Below, piece after piece: positions 1 to 13,749 of a stretch of 64,000 nucleotides of DNA. Under the pieces are notes generated by a model. That model made no database searches. It had not been told where the DNA came from and was given only the letters and a program-made list of their open reading frames with translations. This DNA is from Eledone cirrhosa (taxonomy: Eukaryota): NCBI GenBank assembly GCA_964016885.1, contig OZ024741.1:10912001-10976000 (forward strand). Direction: 5' to 3'. A program made the position numbers and the translations under genes. Position 1 is the first letter of the stretch. Every line of letters begins with the position of its first letter.

Positions 1-3000
1 TGTAGTTTACACTGTTTACTGTAGATATATTGTACTTTTTACGGTTTACTGTAGATATATTGTACTTTATACTATTTACTGTAGACATATTTTACTTTAC
101 ACTGTTTACTGTAGACATATTGTTCTTTACACTGTTTACTGTAGATATATTGTAGTTTACACTGTTTACTGTAGATATATTGTACGTTACACTGTTCACT
201 GTAGATATATTGTACTTTACACTGTTTACTGAAGATATATTGAACGTTATACTGTTTACTGTAGATATATTGTACTTTACACTGTTTACTGTAGATATAT
301 TGTACTTTATACTGTTTACTGTAGACATATCGTACCTTATACTGTTTACTGTAGATATATTGTACTTTACACTGTAGATATATTGTACGTTACATTCTTC
401 ACTGTAGATGTATTGTACTTTTTACTGTCACTGTAGGTATATTGTACTTTACACTGTTTACTGTAGATATATTGTAGTTTACACTGTTTACTGTAGATAT
501 ATTGTACGTTACACTGTTCACTGTAGATATATTATACTTTACACTGTTTACAGTAGATACATTGTACTTTACACGGTTTACTGTACATATATTGTACTTT
601 ACACTGTTTATAGTAGATATATTGTACTTTACATTATTTACTGTAGATATATTCTACTTTACACTGTTCATTGGAGATATATTGTACTTTACACTGTTTA
701 CAGTAGATATACTGTACTTTACACTGTTTACTGTAGATATATTGTATTTTATACTGTTTACTGTAGACATATTGTACTTTATACTGTTTACTGTAGATAT
801 ATTGTACTTTACACTGTTTACTGTAGATATATTGTGCTTAACACTGTTTACAGTAGATATATTGTAATTTACACTGTTTACTGTAGATATATTGTAGTTT
901 ACACTGTTTACTGTAGATATATTGTACTTTATACTGTTTACTGTAGATATATTGTACTTTACACTGTTTACTGTAGATATATTGTACTTTATACTGTTTA
1001 ATGTAGACATATTGTACTTTATACTGTTTACTGTAGATATATTTACTTTACACTGTAGATATATTGTACTTTATACTGTCACTGTAGGTGTAATGTACTT
1101 TACACTGTTTACTGTAGATATATTGTAGTTTACACTGTTAACTGTAGATATATTGTACTTTACACTGTTTACTGTAGATATATTGTACTTTATACTGTTT
1201 ACTGTAGACATGTTGTACTTTACACTGTTTACTGTAGATATATTGTAGTTTATACTGTTTACTGTAGACATATCGTACCTTATACTGTTTACTGTAGATA
1301 TATTGTACTTTACACTGTAGATATATTGTACGTTACATTGTTCACTGTAGATGTATTGTACTTTTTACTGTCACTGTAGGTATATTGTACTTTACACTGT
1401 TTACTGTAGATATATTGTACTTTACACTGTTTACTGTAGATATTTTGTACTTTACACTGTTTACTGTAGATATATTGTATGTTATACTGTTTACTGTAGA
1501 TATATAGTACTTTATACTGTTTACTGTAGATATATTGTACTTTATACTGTTTACTGTAGATATATTGTACTTTATACTGTTTACTGTAGACATATCGTAC
1601 CTTATACTCTTTACTGTAGATATATTGTACTTTACACTGTAGATATATTGTACGTTACATTGTTCACTGTAGATGTATTGTACTTTTTACTGTCACTGTA
1701 GGTATATTGTACTTTACACTGTTTACTGTAGATATATTGTACTTTACACTGTTTACTGTAGATATTTTGTACTTTACACTGTTTACTGTAGATATATTGT
1801 ATGTTATACTGTTTACTGTAGATATATAGTACTTTATACTGTTACTGTAGATATATTGTACTTTATACTGTTTACTGTAGATATATTGTACTCTTCACTC
1901 TTTACTGTAGATATATTTATGTTACACTGTTTACAGTAGATACATTGTACTTTACACTGTTTACTGTAGATATATTGTACTTTATACTGTTTAATGTAGA
2001 CATATTGTACTTTATACTGTTTACTGTAGATATATTGTACTTTACACTGTAGATATATTGTACTTTATACTGTCACTGTAGGTGTAATGTACTTTACACT
2101 GTTTACTGTAGATATATTGTACTTTACACTGCTTACTGTAGATATTTTGTACTTTTCACTGTTTACTGTAGATATATTGTATGTTATACTGTTTACTGTA
2201 GACATATTGTACTTTACACTGTTTACTGTAGATATATAAGTTTACACCGTTTACTGTAGATATATTGTACTTTGTACTGTTTACTGTCGACATATTGTAC
2301 TTTATACTGTTTAGTGTAGATATATTGTACTTTACACTGTTTACTGTTGATATATTGTACTTTATACTGTTTACAGTAGATATATTGTACTTTACAATAT
2401 TTTCTGTAGATATATTGTACTTTACACTGTTTACTGTAGATATATTGTACTTTACACTGTTTACTGTATATATATTGTACTTCACACTGTTTACAGTAGA
2501 TATATTATACTTTACACTGTTTACTGTAGATATATTGTACTTTACACTATTTAGTGTAGATATATTGTACTTTACACTGTTTACTGTAGATATATCGTAC
2601 TTTACACTGTTTACAGTAGTTATATTATACTTTACACTTTTTACTGTAGATATATTGTTTTTTTACACTGTTTACTGTAGATATATTGTACTTTACGCTG
2701 TTTACTGTAGATATATTGTACTTTACACTGTTTACTGTAAATATATTGTACTTTACACTGTTCACTGTAGATATATTGTACTTTACACTGTTTACCGTAG
2801 ATATATTGTACTTTATACTGTTTACTGTAGACATATTGTACTTTATACTGTTTACTGTAGATATATTGTACTTTACACTGTTTACTGAAGATATTTTGTA
2901 CTTTACACTGTTTCCTGTAGATATATTGTACTTTATACTGTTCACCGTAGGTATATTTTACTTTACACTGTTTACTGTAGATATATTGTTCTTTACACTG

Positions 3001-3649
3001 TTCACTGTAGATATATTGTACTTTACAATGTTTATAGTAGTTACATTGTACTTTACACTGTTTACTGTAGATATATTGTACTTTACACTATTTACTGTAG
3101 ATATAGTCTACTTTACACTGTCCACTGTAGATATATTGTACTTTACCCTGTTTACAGTAGATATATTGTACTTTACCCTGTTTACTGTAGATATATTATA
3201 CTTTACACTGTTTACTGTAGATATATTGTACTTTACACTGTTTACTGTAGATATATTGTACTTTACACTGTTTACAGTAGATATATTGTACTTTTCACTG
3301 TTTATTGTAGATATATTGTACATTATACTATTGACAGTAGATACATTATACTTTACACTGTTTACTGTAGATATATTGTACTTTACACAGTTCACTTTAG
3401 ATATATTGTTTTTTGCACTGTTTACTGTAGATATATTGTACTTTACAATATTTACTGTAGATATATTGTACTTTACACTGTTTACTGTAGATATATTGTA
3501 CTTTACACTGTTTACTGTATATATATTGTACTTCACACTGTTTACAGTAGATATATTATACTTTACACTGTTTACTGTAGATATATTGTACTTTACACTA
3601 TTTAGTGTAGATATATTGTACTTTACACTGTTTACTGTAGATATATTGT

Positions 3650-3870
3650 ACTTTACGCTGTTTACTGTAGATATATTGTACTTTACATGTTTACTGTAGA
3701 TATATTGTGCTTTACACTGTATACTGTAGATATATTGTACTTTACACTGTTTACTGTAGATATATTATACTTTACACTGTTTACTGTAGATATATTGTAC
3801 TTTACACTGTTTACTGTAGATATATTGTACTTTACACTGTTTACTGCAGATATATTGTAATTTACATTGT
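3650..3870 (+). repeat. Example of a second recurring cassette: ACGCTG monomer, 29-bp ACATGT monomer, GTGCTTT/CTGTATAC monomer, later CTGCAG and GTAATTTACATTG
   Basis: It is marked by ORFs ending FTCLL at 3699, 8930, 12963, 15233, 16632, 18873, 21876, 24436, 25722, 27607, 31241, 33121, 37413, 41705, 45996, 50736, 55419 and 62525. Some copies are partial. Confidence 0.9.
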
Positions 3871-6800
3871 TTACTGTAGATGTATTGTACTTTATACTGT
3901 TTACTGTAGACATATTGTACTTTATACTGTTTACTGTAGATATATTGTACTTTACACTGTTTACTGTAGATATATTGTACTTTATACTGTTTACTGTAGA
4001 TATATTGTACTTTATACTGTTTACTGTAGACATATTGTTCTTTACACTGTTTACTGTAGATATATTGTAGTTTACACTGTTTACTGTAGATATATTGTAC
4101 TTTACACTGTTTAGTGTAGATATATTGTACTTTATACTGTTTACTGTAGATATATTGTACTTTACACTGTTTTCTGTAGATATATTGTACTTTTTACTGT
4201 TTGCTGTAGACATATTGTACTTTATACTGTTTACTGTAGATATATTGTACGTTACATCGTTCACTGTAGGTATATTGTACCTTACATTGTTCACTGTAGA
4301 TGTATTGTACTTTATACTGTCACTGTAGGTATATTGTACTTTACACTGTTTACTGTAGATATATTGTACTTTACACTGTTTACTGTAGATATTTTGTACT
4401 TTACACAGTTTACTGTAGATATATTGTATGTTATACTGTTTACTGTAGACATATTGTACTTTACACTATTTATTGTAGATATATTGTACTTTATACTGTT
4501 TACTGTAGACATATTGTACTTTATACTCTTTATTGTAGATATATTGTACTTTACACTGTAGATATATTGTACGTTACATTGTTCACTGTAGGTATATTGT
4601 ACGTTACATTGTTCACTGTAGGTATATTGTACGTTACATTGTTCACTGTAGATGTATTGTACTTTAGAATGTTCACTGTAGGTATATTGTACTTTACACT
4701 GTTTCCTGTAGATATATTGTGCTTTAAACTGTTTACTGTAGATATTTTGTACTTTACACTGTTTACTGTAGATATATTCTACTTTACACAGTTCACTGTA
4801 GATATATTGTACTTTACACTGTTTATAGTAGATACATTGTACATTACACTATTTACTGTAGATATATTCTACTTTATACTGTCCACTGTAGATATATTGT
4901 ACTTTACACTGGTTACAGTAGATATATTGTACTTTCCACTGTTTACTGTAGATATATTGTAGTTTACACTGTTTACTGTAGATATATTATACTTTACACT
5001 GTTTACTGTAGATATATTGTACTTTTCACTGTTTACTGTAGATATGTTGTACTTTACACTGTTTATAGTAGATATATTGTACTTTACACTGTTTACTGTA
5101 GATATATTGTACTTTACACTGTTTAATGTAGCTATATTGTACTTTACACTGTTTACTGTAGCTATATTGTACTTTACACTGTTTACAGTGGATATATTTT
5201 ACTTTACACTGTTTACTTTAGATATATTGTACTTTACACTGTTTACTGTAGATATATTGTACTTTACACTGTTCACTTTAGATATATTGTACTTTACATT
5301 GTTTACAGTAGATATATTGTACTTTACAATATTTACTGTAGATATATTGTACTTTACACTATCTACTGTAGATATATTGTACTTTACAATGTTTACTGTA
5401 GATATATTGTACTTTACACTGTTTAGAGTAGATATATTGTACTTTATACTGTTTACTGTAGACATATTGTACTTTACACTGTTTACTGTAGATATATTGT
5501 AGTTTACACTGTTTACTGTAGATATATTGTACTTTGTACTGTTTACTGTAGAAATATTGTACTTTACATTGTTTACAGTAGATATGTTGTACTTTACAAT
5601 ATTTTCTGTAGATATATTGTACTTTACACTGTTTACTGTAGATATATTGTACTTTACATTGTTTACTGTATATATATTGTATTTCACACTGTTTACAGTA
5701 GATATATTGTAGTTTACACTGTTTACTGTAGATATATTATACTTTACAGTTTACTGTAGATATATTGTACTTTACACAGTTTACTGTAGATATATTGTAC
5801 TTTACACTGTTTACAGTAGATATATTGTATTTTACACTGTTTACTGTAGATATATTGTACTTTACACTGTTTACCCTAGATATATTGTACTTGACACTCT
5901 TTACTGTAGCTATATTGTACTTTACACTGTTTACAGTGGATATATTTTACTTTACACTGTTTACTGTAGATATATTGTACTTTTCACTGTTTACTGTAGA
6001 TATATTGTACTTTACACTATTTACAGTAGATACATTATACTTTACACTGTTTACTGAAGATATATTGTTTTTTGCACTGTTTACTATAGTTTTATTGTAC
6101 TTTACAATATTTACTGTAGATATATTGTACTTTACACTGTTTAGTGTAGATATATTGTACTTTCCACTGTTTACTGTAGATATATTTTACTTTACACTGT
6201 TTACAGTAGATATATTGTACTTTCCACTGTTTACTGTAGATATATTGTAGTTTACACTGTTTAGTGTAGATATATTATACTTTACACTGTTTACTGTAGA
6301 TATATTGTACTTTTCACTGTTTACTGTAGATATATTGTACTTTACACTGTTTATAGTAGATATATTGTACTTTACACTGTTTACTGTAGATATATTGTAC
6401 TTGACACTGTTTACAGTGGATATATTTTACTTTACACTGTTTACTTTAGATATATTGTACTTTACACTGTTTACTGTAGATATATTGTACTTTACACTGT
6501 TCACTTTGGATATATTGTACTTTACACTGTTTACAGTAGATATATTGTACTTTACAATATTTACTGTAGATATATTGTACTTTACACTATCTACTGTAGA
6601 TATATTGTACTTTACACTGTTTACTGTAGATATATTGTACTTTACACTGTTTACAGTAGATATATTTACTTTATACTGTTTACTGTAGACATATTGTACT
6701 TTACACTGTTTGCTGTAGACATATTGTAGTTTACACTGTTTACAGTAGATATATTGTAGTTTACACTGTTTACTGTAGATATATTGTAGTTTACACTGTT

Positions 6801-6959
6801 TACTGTAGATATATTGTACTTTACACTGTTTACTGTAGATATATTGTACTTTATACTGCTTACTGTAGATATATTGTACTTTACACTGTTTTCTGTAGAT
6901 ATATTGTACTTTTTACTGTTTACTGTAGACATATTGTACTTTATACTGTTTACTGTAGA

Positions 6960-7080
6960 TATATTGTACTTTACACTGTAGATATATTGTACGTTACATT
7001 GTTCACTGTAGGTATATTGTTCCTTACATTGTTCACTGTAGATGTATTGTACTTTATACTGTCACTGTAGGTATATTGTA
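6960..7080 (+). repeat. Example of the recurring landmark cassette: 23-bp monomer, then CGTTACATTGTTCAC-type monomers, then a 29-bp ACTGTCACTGTAGG monomer
   Basis: The sequence reads ...TTACACTGTAGATATATTGTACGTTACATTGTTCACTGTAGGTATATTGTTCCTTACATTGTTCACTGTAGATGTATTGTACTTTATACTGTCACTGTAGG. It recurs about 30 times, marked by ORFs starting MYCT(L/F)YCHC (e.g. 408, 1351, 4300, 7042, 9501, 15766, 21166, 23306, 29984, 32014, 51478, 60039). Confidence 0.9.
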
Positions 7081-10000
7081 CTTTACACTGTTTACTGTAG
7101 ATATATTGTACTTTACACTGTTTACTGTAGATATATTGTACTTTACACTGTTTACTGTAGATATATTGTACTTTACACAGTTTACTGTAGCTATATTGTA
7201 CTTTACACTGTTTACAGTGGATATATTTTACTTTACACTGTTTACTGTAGATATATTGTACTTTACACTGTTTACTGTAGATATATTGTACTTTACACTG
7301 TTCACTTTAGATATATTGTACTTTACACTGTTTTCAGTAGATATATTGTACTTTACACTGTTTACAGTAGATATATTGTACTTTACAATATTTTCTGTAG
7401 ATATATTGTACTTTACACTGTTTACTGTAGATATATTGTACTTTACACTGTTTACTGTATATATATTGTACTTCACACTGTTTACTGTAGATATATTATA
7501 CTTTACACTGTTTACTGTAGATATATTGTACTTTACACTATTTAGTGTAGATATATTGTACTTTACACTGTTTACTGTAGATATATCGTACTTTACACTG
7601 TTTACAGTAGTTATATTATACTTTACACTTTTTACTGTAGATATATTGTTTTTTACACTGTTTACTGTAGATATATTGTACTTTACGCTGTTTACTGTAG
7701 ATATATTGTACTTTACACTGTTTACTGTAAATATATTGTACTTTACACTGTTTACCGTAGATATATTGTACTTTATACTGTTTACTGTAGACATATTGTA
7801 CTTTATACTGTTTACTGTAGATATATTGTACTTTACACTGTTTACTGAAGATATTTTGTACTTTACACTGTTTCTTGTAGATATATTGTACTTTATACTG
7901 TTCACCGTAGGTATATTGTACTTTACACTGTTTACTGTATATATATTGTTCTTTACACTGTTCACTGTAGATATATTGTACTTTACACTGTTTATAGTAG
8001 TTACATTGTACTTTACACTGTTTACCGTAGATATATTGTACTTTATACTGTTTACTGTAGACATATTGTACTTTATACTGTTTACTGAAGATATTTTGTA
8101 CTTTACACTGTTTCCTGTAGATATATTGTACTTTATACTGTTCACCGTAGGTATATTGTACTTTACACTGTTTACTGTAGATATATTGTTCTTTACACTG
8201 TTCACTGTAGATATATTGTACTTTACACTGTTTATAGTAGTTACATTGTACTTTACACTGTTTACTGTAGATATATTGTACTTTACACTATTTACTGTAG
8301 ATATATTCTACTTTACACTGTCCACTGTAGATATATTGTACTTTACCCTGTTTACAGTACATATATTGTACTTTACCCTGTTTACTGTAGATATATTATA
8401 CTTTACACTGTTTACTGTAGATATATTGTACTTTACACTGTTTACTGTAGATATATTGTACTTTACACTGTTTACAGTAGATATATTGTACTTTACACTG
8501 TTTACTGTAGATATATTGTACTTTTCACTGTTTACTGTAGATATATTGTACATTATACTATTTACAGTAGATACATTATACTTTACACTGTTTACTGTAG
8601 ATATATTGTACTTTACACAGTTCACTTTAGATATATTGTTTTTTGCACTGTTTCACTGTAGATATATTGTACTTTACAATATTTACTGTAGATATATTGT
8701 ACTTTACACTGTTTACTGTAGATATATTGTACTTTACACTGTTTACTGTATATATATTGTACTTCACACTGTTTACATTAGATATATTATACTTTACACT
8801 GTTTACTGTAGATATATTGTACTTTACACTATTTAGTGTAGATATATTGTACTTTACACTGTTTACTGTAGATATATTGTACTTTACGCTGTTTACTGTA
8901 GATATATTGTACTTTACATGTTTACTGTAGATATATTGTGCTTTACACTGTATACTGTAGATATATTGTACTTTACACTGTTTACTGTAGATATATTATA
9001 CTTTACACTGTTTACTGTAGATATATTGTACTTTACACTGTTTACTGTAGATATATTGTACTTTACACTGTTTACTGCAGATATATTGTAATTTACATTG
9101 TTTACTGTAGATGTATTGTACTTTATACTGTTTACTGTAGACAAATTGTACTTTATACTGTTTACTGTAGATATATTGTACTTTACACTGTTTACTGTAG
9201 ATATATTGTACTTTATACTGTTTACTGTAGACATATTGTTCTTTACACTGTTTACTGTAGATATATTGTAGTTTACACTGTTTACTGTAGATATATTGTA
9301 CTTTACACTGTTTACTGTAGATATATTGTACTTTATACTGTTTACTGTAGATATATTGTACTTTACACTGTTTTCTGTAGATATATTGTACTTTTTACTG
9401 TTTGCTGTAGACATATTGTACTTTATACTGTTTACTGTAGATATATTGTACGTTACATCGTTCACTGTAGGTATATTGTACCTTACATTGTTCACTGTAG
9501 ATGTATTGTACTTTATACTGTCACTGTAGGTATATTGTACTTTACACAGTTTACTGTAGATATATTGTACTTTACACTGTTTACTGTAGATATTTTGTAC
9601 TTTACACAGTTTACTGTAGATATATTGTATGTTATACTGTTTACTGTAGACATATTGTACTTTACACTATTTATTGTAGTTATATTGTACTTTATACTGT
9701 TTACTGTAGACATATTGTACTTTATACTCTTCATTGTAGATATATTGTACTTTACACTGTAGATATATTGTACGTTACATTGTTCACTGTAGGTATATTG
9801 TACGTTACATTGTTCACTGTAGATGTATTGTACTTTAGAATGTTCACTGTAGGTATATTGTACTTTACACTGTTTCCTGTAGATATATTGTGCTTTAAAC
9901 TGTTTACTGTAGATATTTTGTACTTTACACTGTTAACTGTAAATATATTGTACTTTATACTGTTCACCGTAGGTATATTGTACTTTACACTGTTTACTGT

Positions 10001-13000
10001 AGATATATTCTACTTTACACAGTTCACTGTAGATATATTGTACTTTACACTGTTTATAGTAGATACATTGTACTTTACACTATTTACTGTAGATATATTC
10101 TACTTGATACTGTCCACTGTAGATATATTGTACTTTACACTGGTTACAGTAGATATATTGTACTTTCCACTGTTTACTGTAGATATATTGTAGTTTACAC
10201 TGTTTACTGTAGATATATTATACTTTACACTGTTTACTGTAGATATATTGTACTTTTCACTGTTTACTGTAGATATGTTGTACTTTACACTGTTTATAGT
10301 AGAGATATTTTACTTTACACTGTTTACTGTAGATATATTGTACTTTACACTGTTTAATGTAGCTATATTGTACTTTACACTGTTTACTGTAGCTATATTG
10401 TACTTTACACTGTTTACAGTGGATATATTTTACTTTACACTGTTTACTTTAGATATATTGTACTTTACACTGTTTACTGTAGATATATTGTACTTTACAC
10501 TGTTCACTTTAGATATATTGTACTTTACATTGTTTACAGTAGATATATTGTACTTTACAATATTTACTGTAGATATATTGTACTTTACACTATCTACTGT
10601 AGATATATTGTACTTTACAATGTTTACTGTAGATATATTGTACTTTACACTGTTTAGAGTAGATATATTGTAGTTTACACTGTTTACTGTAGATATATTG
10701 TACTTTGTACTGTTTACTGTAGAAATATTGTACTTTATACTGTTTACTGTAGATATATTGTACTTTACACTGTTTACTGTAGATATATTGTACTTTATAC
10801 TGTTTACTGTAGACATATTGTACTTTACACTGTTTACTGTAGATATATTGTAGTTTACACAGTTTACTGTAGATATATTGTACTTTACACTGTTTACTGT
10901 AGATATATTGTACTTTATACTGCTTACTGTAGATATATTGTACTTTACACTGTTTTCTGTAGATATATTGTACTTTTTACTGTTTCCTGTAGACATATTG
11001 TACTTTATACTGTTTACTGTAGATATATTGTACTTTACACTGTAGATATATTGTACGTTACATTGTTCACTGTAGGTATATTGTTCCTTACATTGTTCAC
11101 TGTAGATGTATTGTACTTTATACTGTCACTGTAGGTATATTGTACTTTACACTGTTTACTGTAGATATATTGTACTTTACACTGTTTACTGTAGATAATT
11201 TGTACTTTACACTGTTTACTGTATATATATTGTACTTTACACAGTTTACTGTAGCTATATTGTACTTTACACTGTTTAGAGTGGATATATTTTACTTTAC
11301 ACTGTTTACTGTAGATATATTGTATTTTACACTGTTTACTGTAGATATATTGTACTTTACACCGTTCACTTTAGATATATTGTACTTTACACTGTTTACA
11401 GTAGATATATTGTACTTTACACTGTTTACAGTAGATATATTGTACTTTACAATATTTTCTGTAGATATATTGTACTTTACACTGTTTACTGTAGATATAT
11501 TGTACTTTACACTGTTTACTGTATATATATTGCACTTCACACTGTTTACAGTAGATATATTATACTTTACACTGTATACTGTAGATATATTGTACTTTAC
11601 ACTATTTAGTGTAGATATATTGTACTTTACACTGTTTACTGTAGATATATTGTACTTTACACTGTTTACTGTAGATATATTTTACTTTACAATGTTTACT
11701 GTAGATCTATTGTACTTTACACTGTTTACAGTAGATATATTGTACTTTACAATATTTTCTGTAGATATATTGTACTTTACACTATTTACTGTAGATATAT
11801 TGTACTTTACACTGTTTACTGTATATATATTGCACTTCACACTGTTTACAGTAGATATATTATACTTTACACTGTTTACTGTAGATATATTGTACTTTAC
11901 ACTATTTAGTGTAGATATATTGTACTTTACACTGTTTACTGTAGATATATTGTACTTTACACTGTTTACTGTAGATATATTGTACTTTACACTGTTTACT
12001 GTAGATATATTGTACTTTACACTGTTTACTGTAGATATATCGTACTTTACACTGTTTACAGTAGTTATATTATACTTTACACTTTTTACTATAGTTATAT
12101 TGTTTTTTACACTGTTTACTGTAGATATATTTTACTTTACGCTGTTTACTGTAGATATATTGTACTTTACACTGTTTACTGTAGATATATTGTACTTTAT
12201 ACTGTTTACTGTAGACATATTTTACTTTATACTGTTTACTGTAGATATATTGTACTTTACACTGTTTACTGTAGATATATTGTACTTTATACTGTTTACT
12301 GTAGACATATTGTACTTTACACTGTTTATAGTAGTTACATTGTACTTTACACTGTTTACTGTAGATATATTGTACTTTACACTATTTACTGTAGATATAT
12401 TCTACTTTACACTGTCCACTGTAGATATATTGTACTTTACCCTGTTTACAGTAGATATATTGTACTTTACACTGTTTACTGTAGATATATTTTACTTTAC
12501 ACTGTTTACAGTAGATATATTGTAGTTTACACTGTTTACTGTAGATATATTATACTTTACACTGTTTACTGTAGATATATTGTACTTTACACTGTTTACT
12601 GTAGATATATTGTACTTTACACTGTTTACAGTAGATATATTGTACTTTACACTGTTTACTGTAGATATATTGTACTTTACACTGTTTACCCTAGATCTAT
12701 TGTACTTGACACTCTTTACTGTAGCTATATTGTACTTTACACTGTTTACGGTGGATATATTTTACTTTACACTGTTTACTGTAGATATATTGTACTTTTC
12801 ACTGTTTACTGTAGATATATTGTACTTTACACTGTTTACTGTAGATATATTGTACTTTACACTGTTTACTGTAGACATATTGTTCTTTACACTGTTTACT
12901 GTAGATATATTGTACTTTACGCTGTTTACTGTAGATATATTGTACTTTACATGTTTACTGTAGATATATTGTGCTTTATACTGTATACTGTATATATATT

Positions 13001-13749
13001 GTACTTTACACTGTTTACTGTAGATATATTGTACTTTACACTGTTTACTGTAGATATATTGTACTTTACACTGTTTACTGCAGATATATTGTAATTTACA
13101 TTGTTTACTGTAGATATATTGTACTTTATACTGTTTACTGTAGACATATTGTACTTTATACTGTTTACTGTAGATATATTGTACTTTACACTGTTTACTG
13201 TAGATATATTGTACTTTATACTGTTTACTGTAGACATATTGTACTTTACACTTTTTACTGTAGATATATTGTAGTTTACACTCTTTACTGTAGATATATT
13301 GTATATTATACTGTTTACTGTACACATATTGTACTTTACACTGTTTACTGTAGATATATTGTAGTTTACACTTTTTACTGTAGATATATTTACTTTGTAC
13401 TGTTTACTGTAGAAATATTGTACTTTATACTGTTTACTGTAGATATATTGTACTTTACACTGTTTACTGTAGATATATTGTAATTTATACTGTTTACTGT
13501 AGACATATTGTACTTTACACTGTTTACTGTAGATATATTGTAGTTTACACTGTTTACTGTAGATATATTGTACTTTACACTGTTTACTGTAGGTATATTG
13601 TACTTTATACTGTTTACTGTAGATATATTGTACTTTACACTGTTTTCTGTAGATATATTGTACTTTTTACTGTTTACTGTAGACATATTGTACTTTTTAC
13701 TGTTTACTGTAGACATATTGTACTTTATACTGTTTACTGTAGATATATT

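Larger units (their letters stand above)
2380..10700 (+). repeat. Diverged duplication at ~5.0-5.2 kb offset (about 2380-5560 versus 7370-10700)
   Basis: ORF pairs 3707/8938 and 5017/10248 are offset by 5231, and 4300/9501 by 5201. Both share TTTTTACTGTTTGCTGTAGAC (near 4191/9392) and the same order of variants. Boundaries are approximate. Confidence 0.85.

Noticed and set aside
408-1001. Cys/Tyr-rich ORFs starting MYCTxYCHC as metal-binding proteins
   Set aside because: The motif is just the translation across the 29-bp ACTGTCACTG monomer of the landmark cassette.
2466-2476. TATATATA variants as TATA-box promoters
   Set aside because: They result from a single G>T change in GTAGATATAT within AT-rich repeats, and there is no downstream gene.
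7228-8205. Minus-strand (NSVKYNISTV)n as a beta-solenoid, antifreeze or mucin-like protein
   Set aside because: There is no signal peptide, no non-repetitive terminus and no visible frame preservation. The frame is broken repeatedly by AAA>TAA-type stops and indels along the array.
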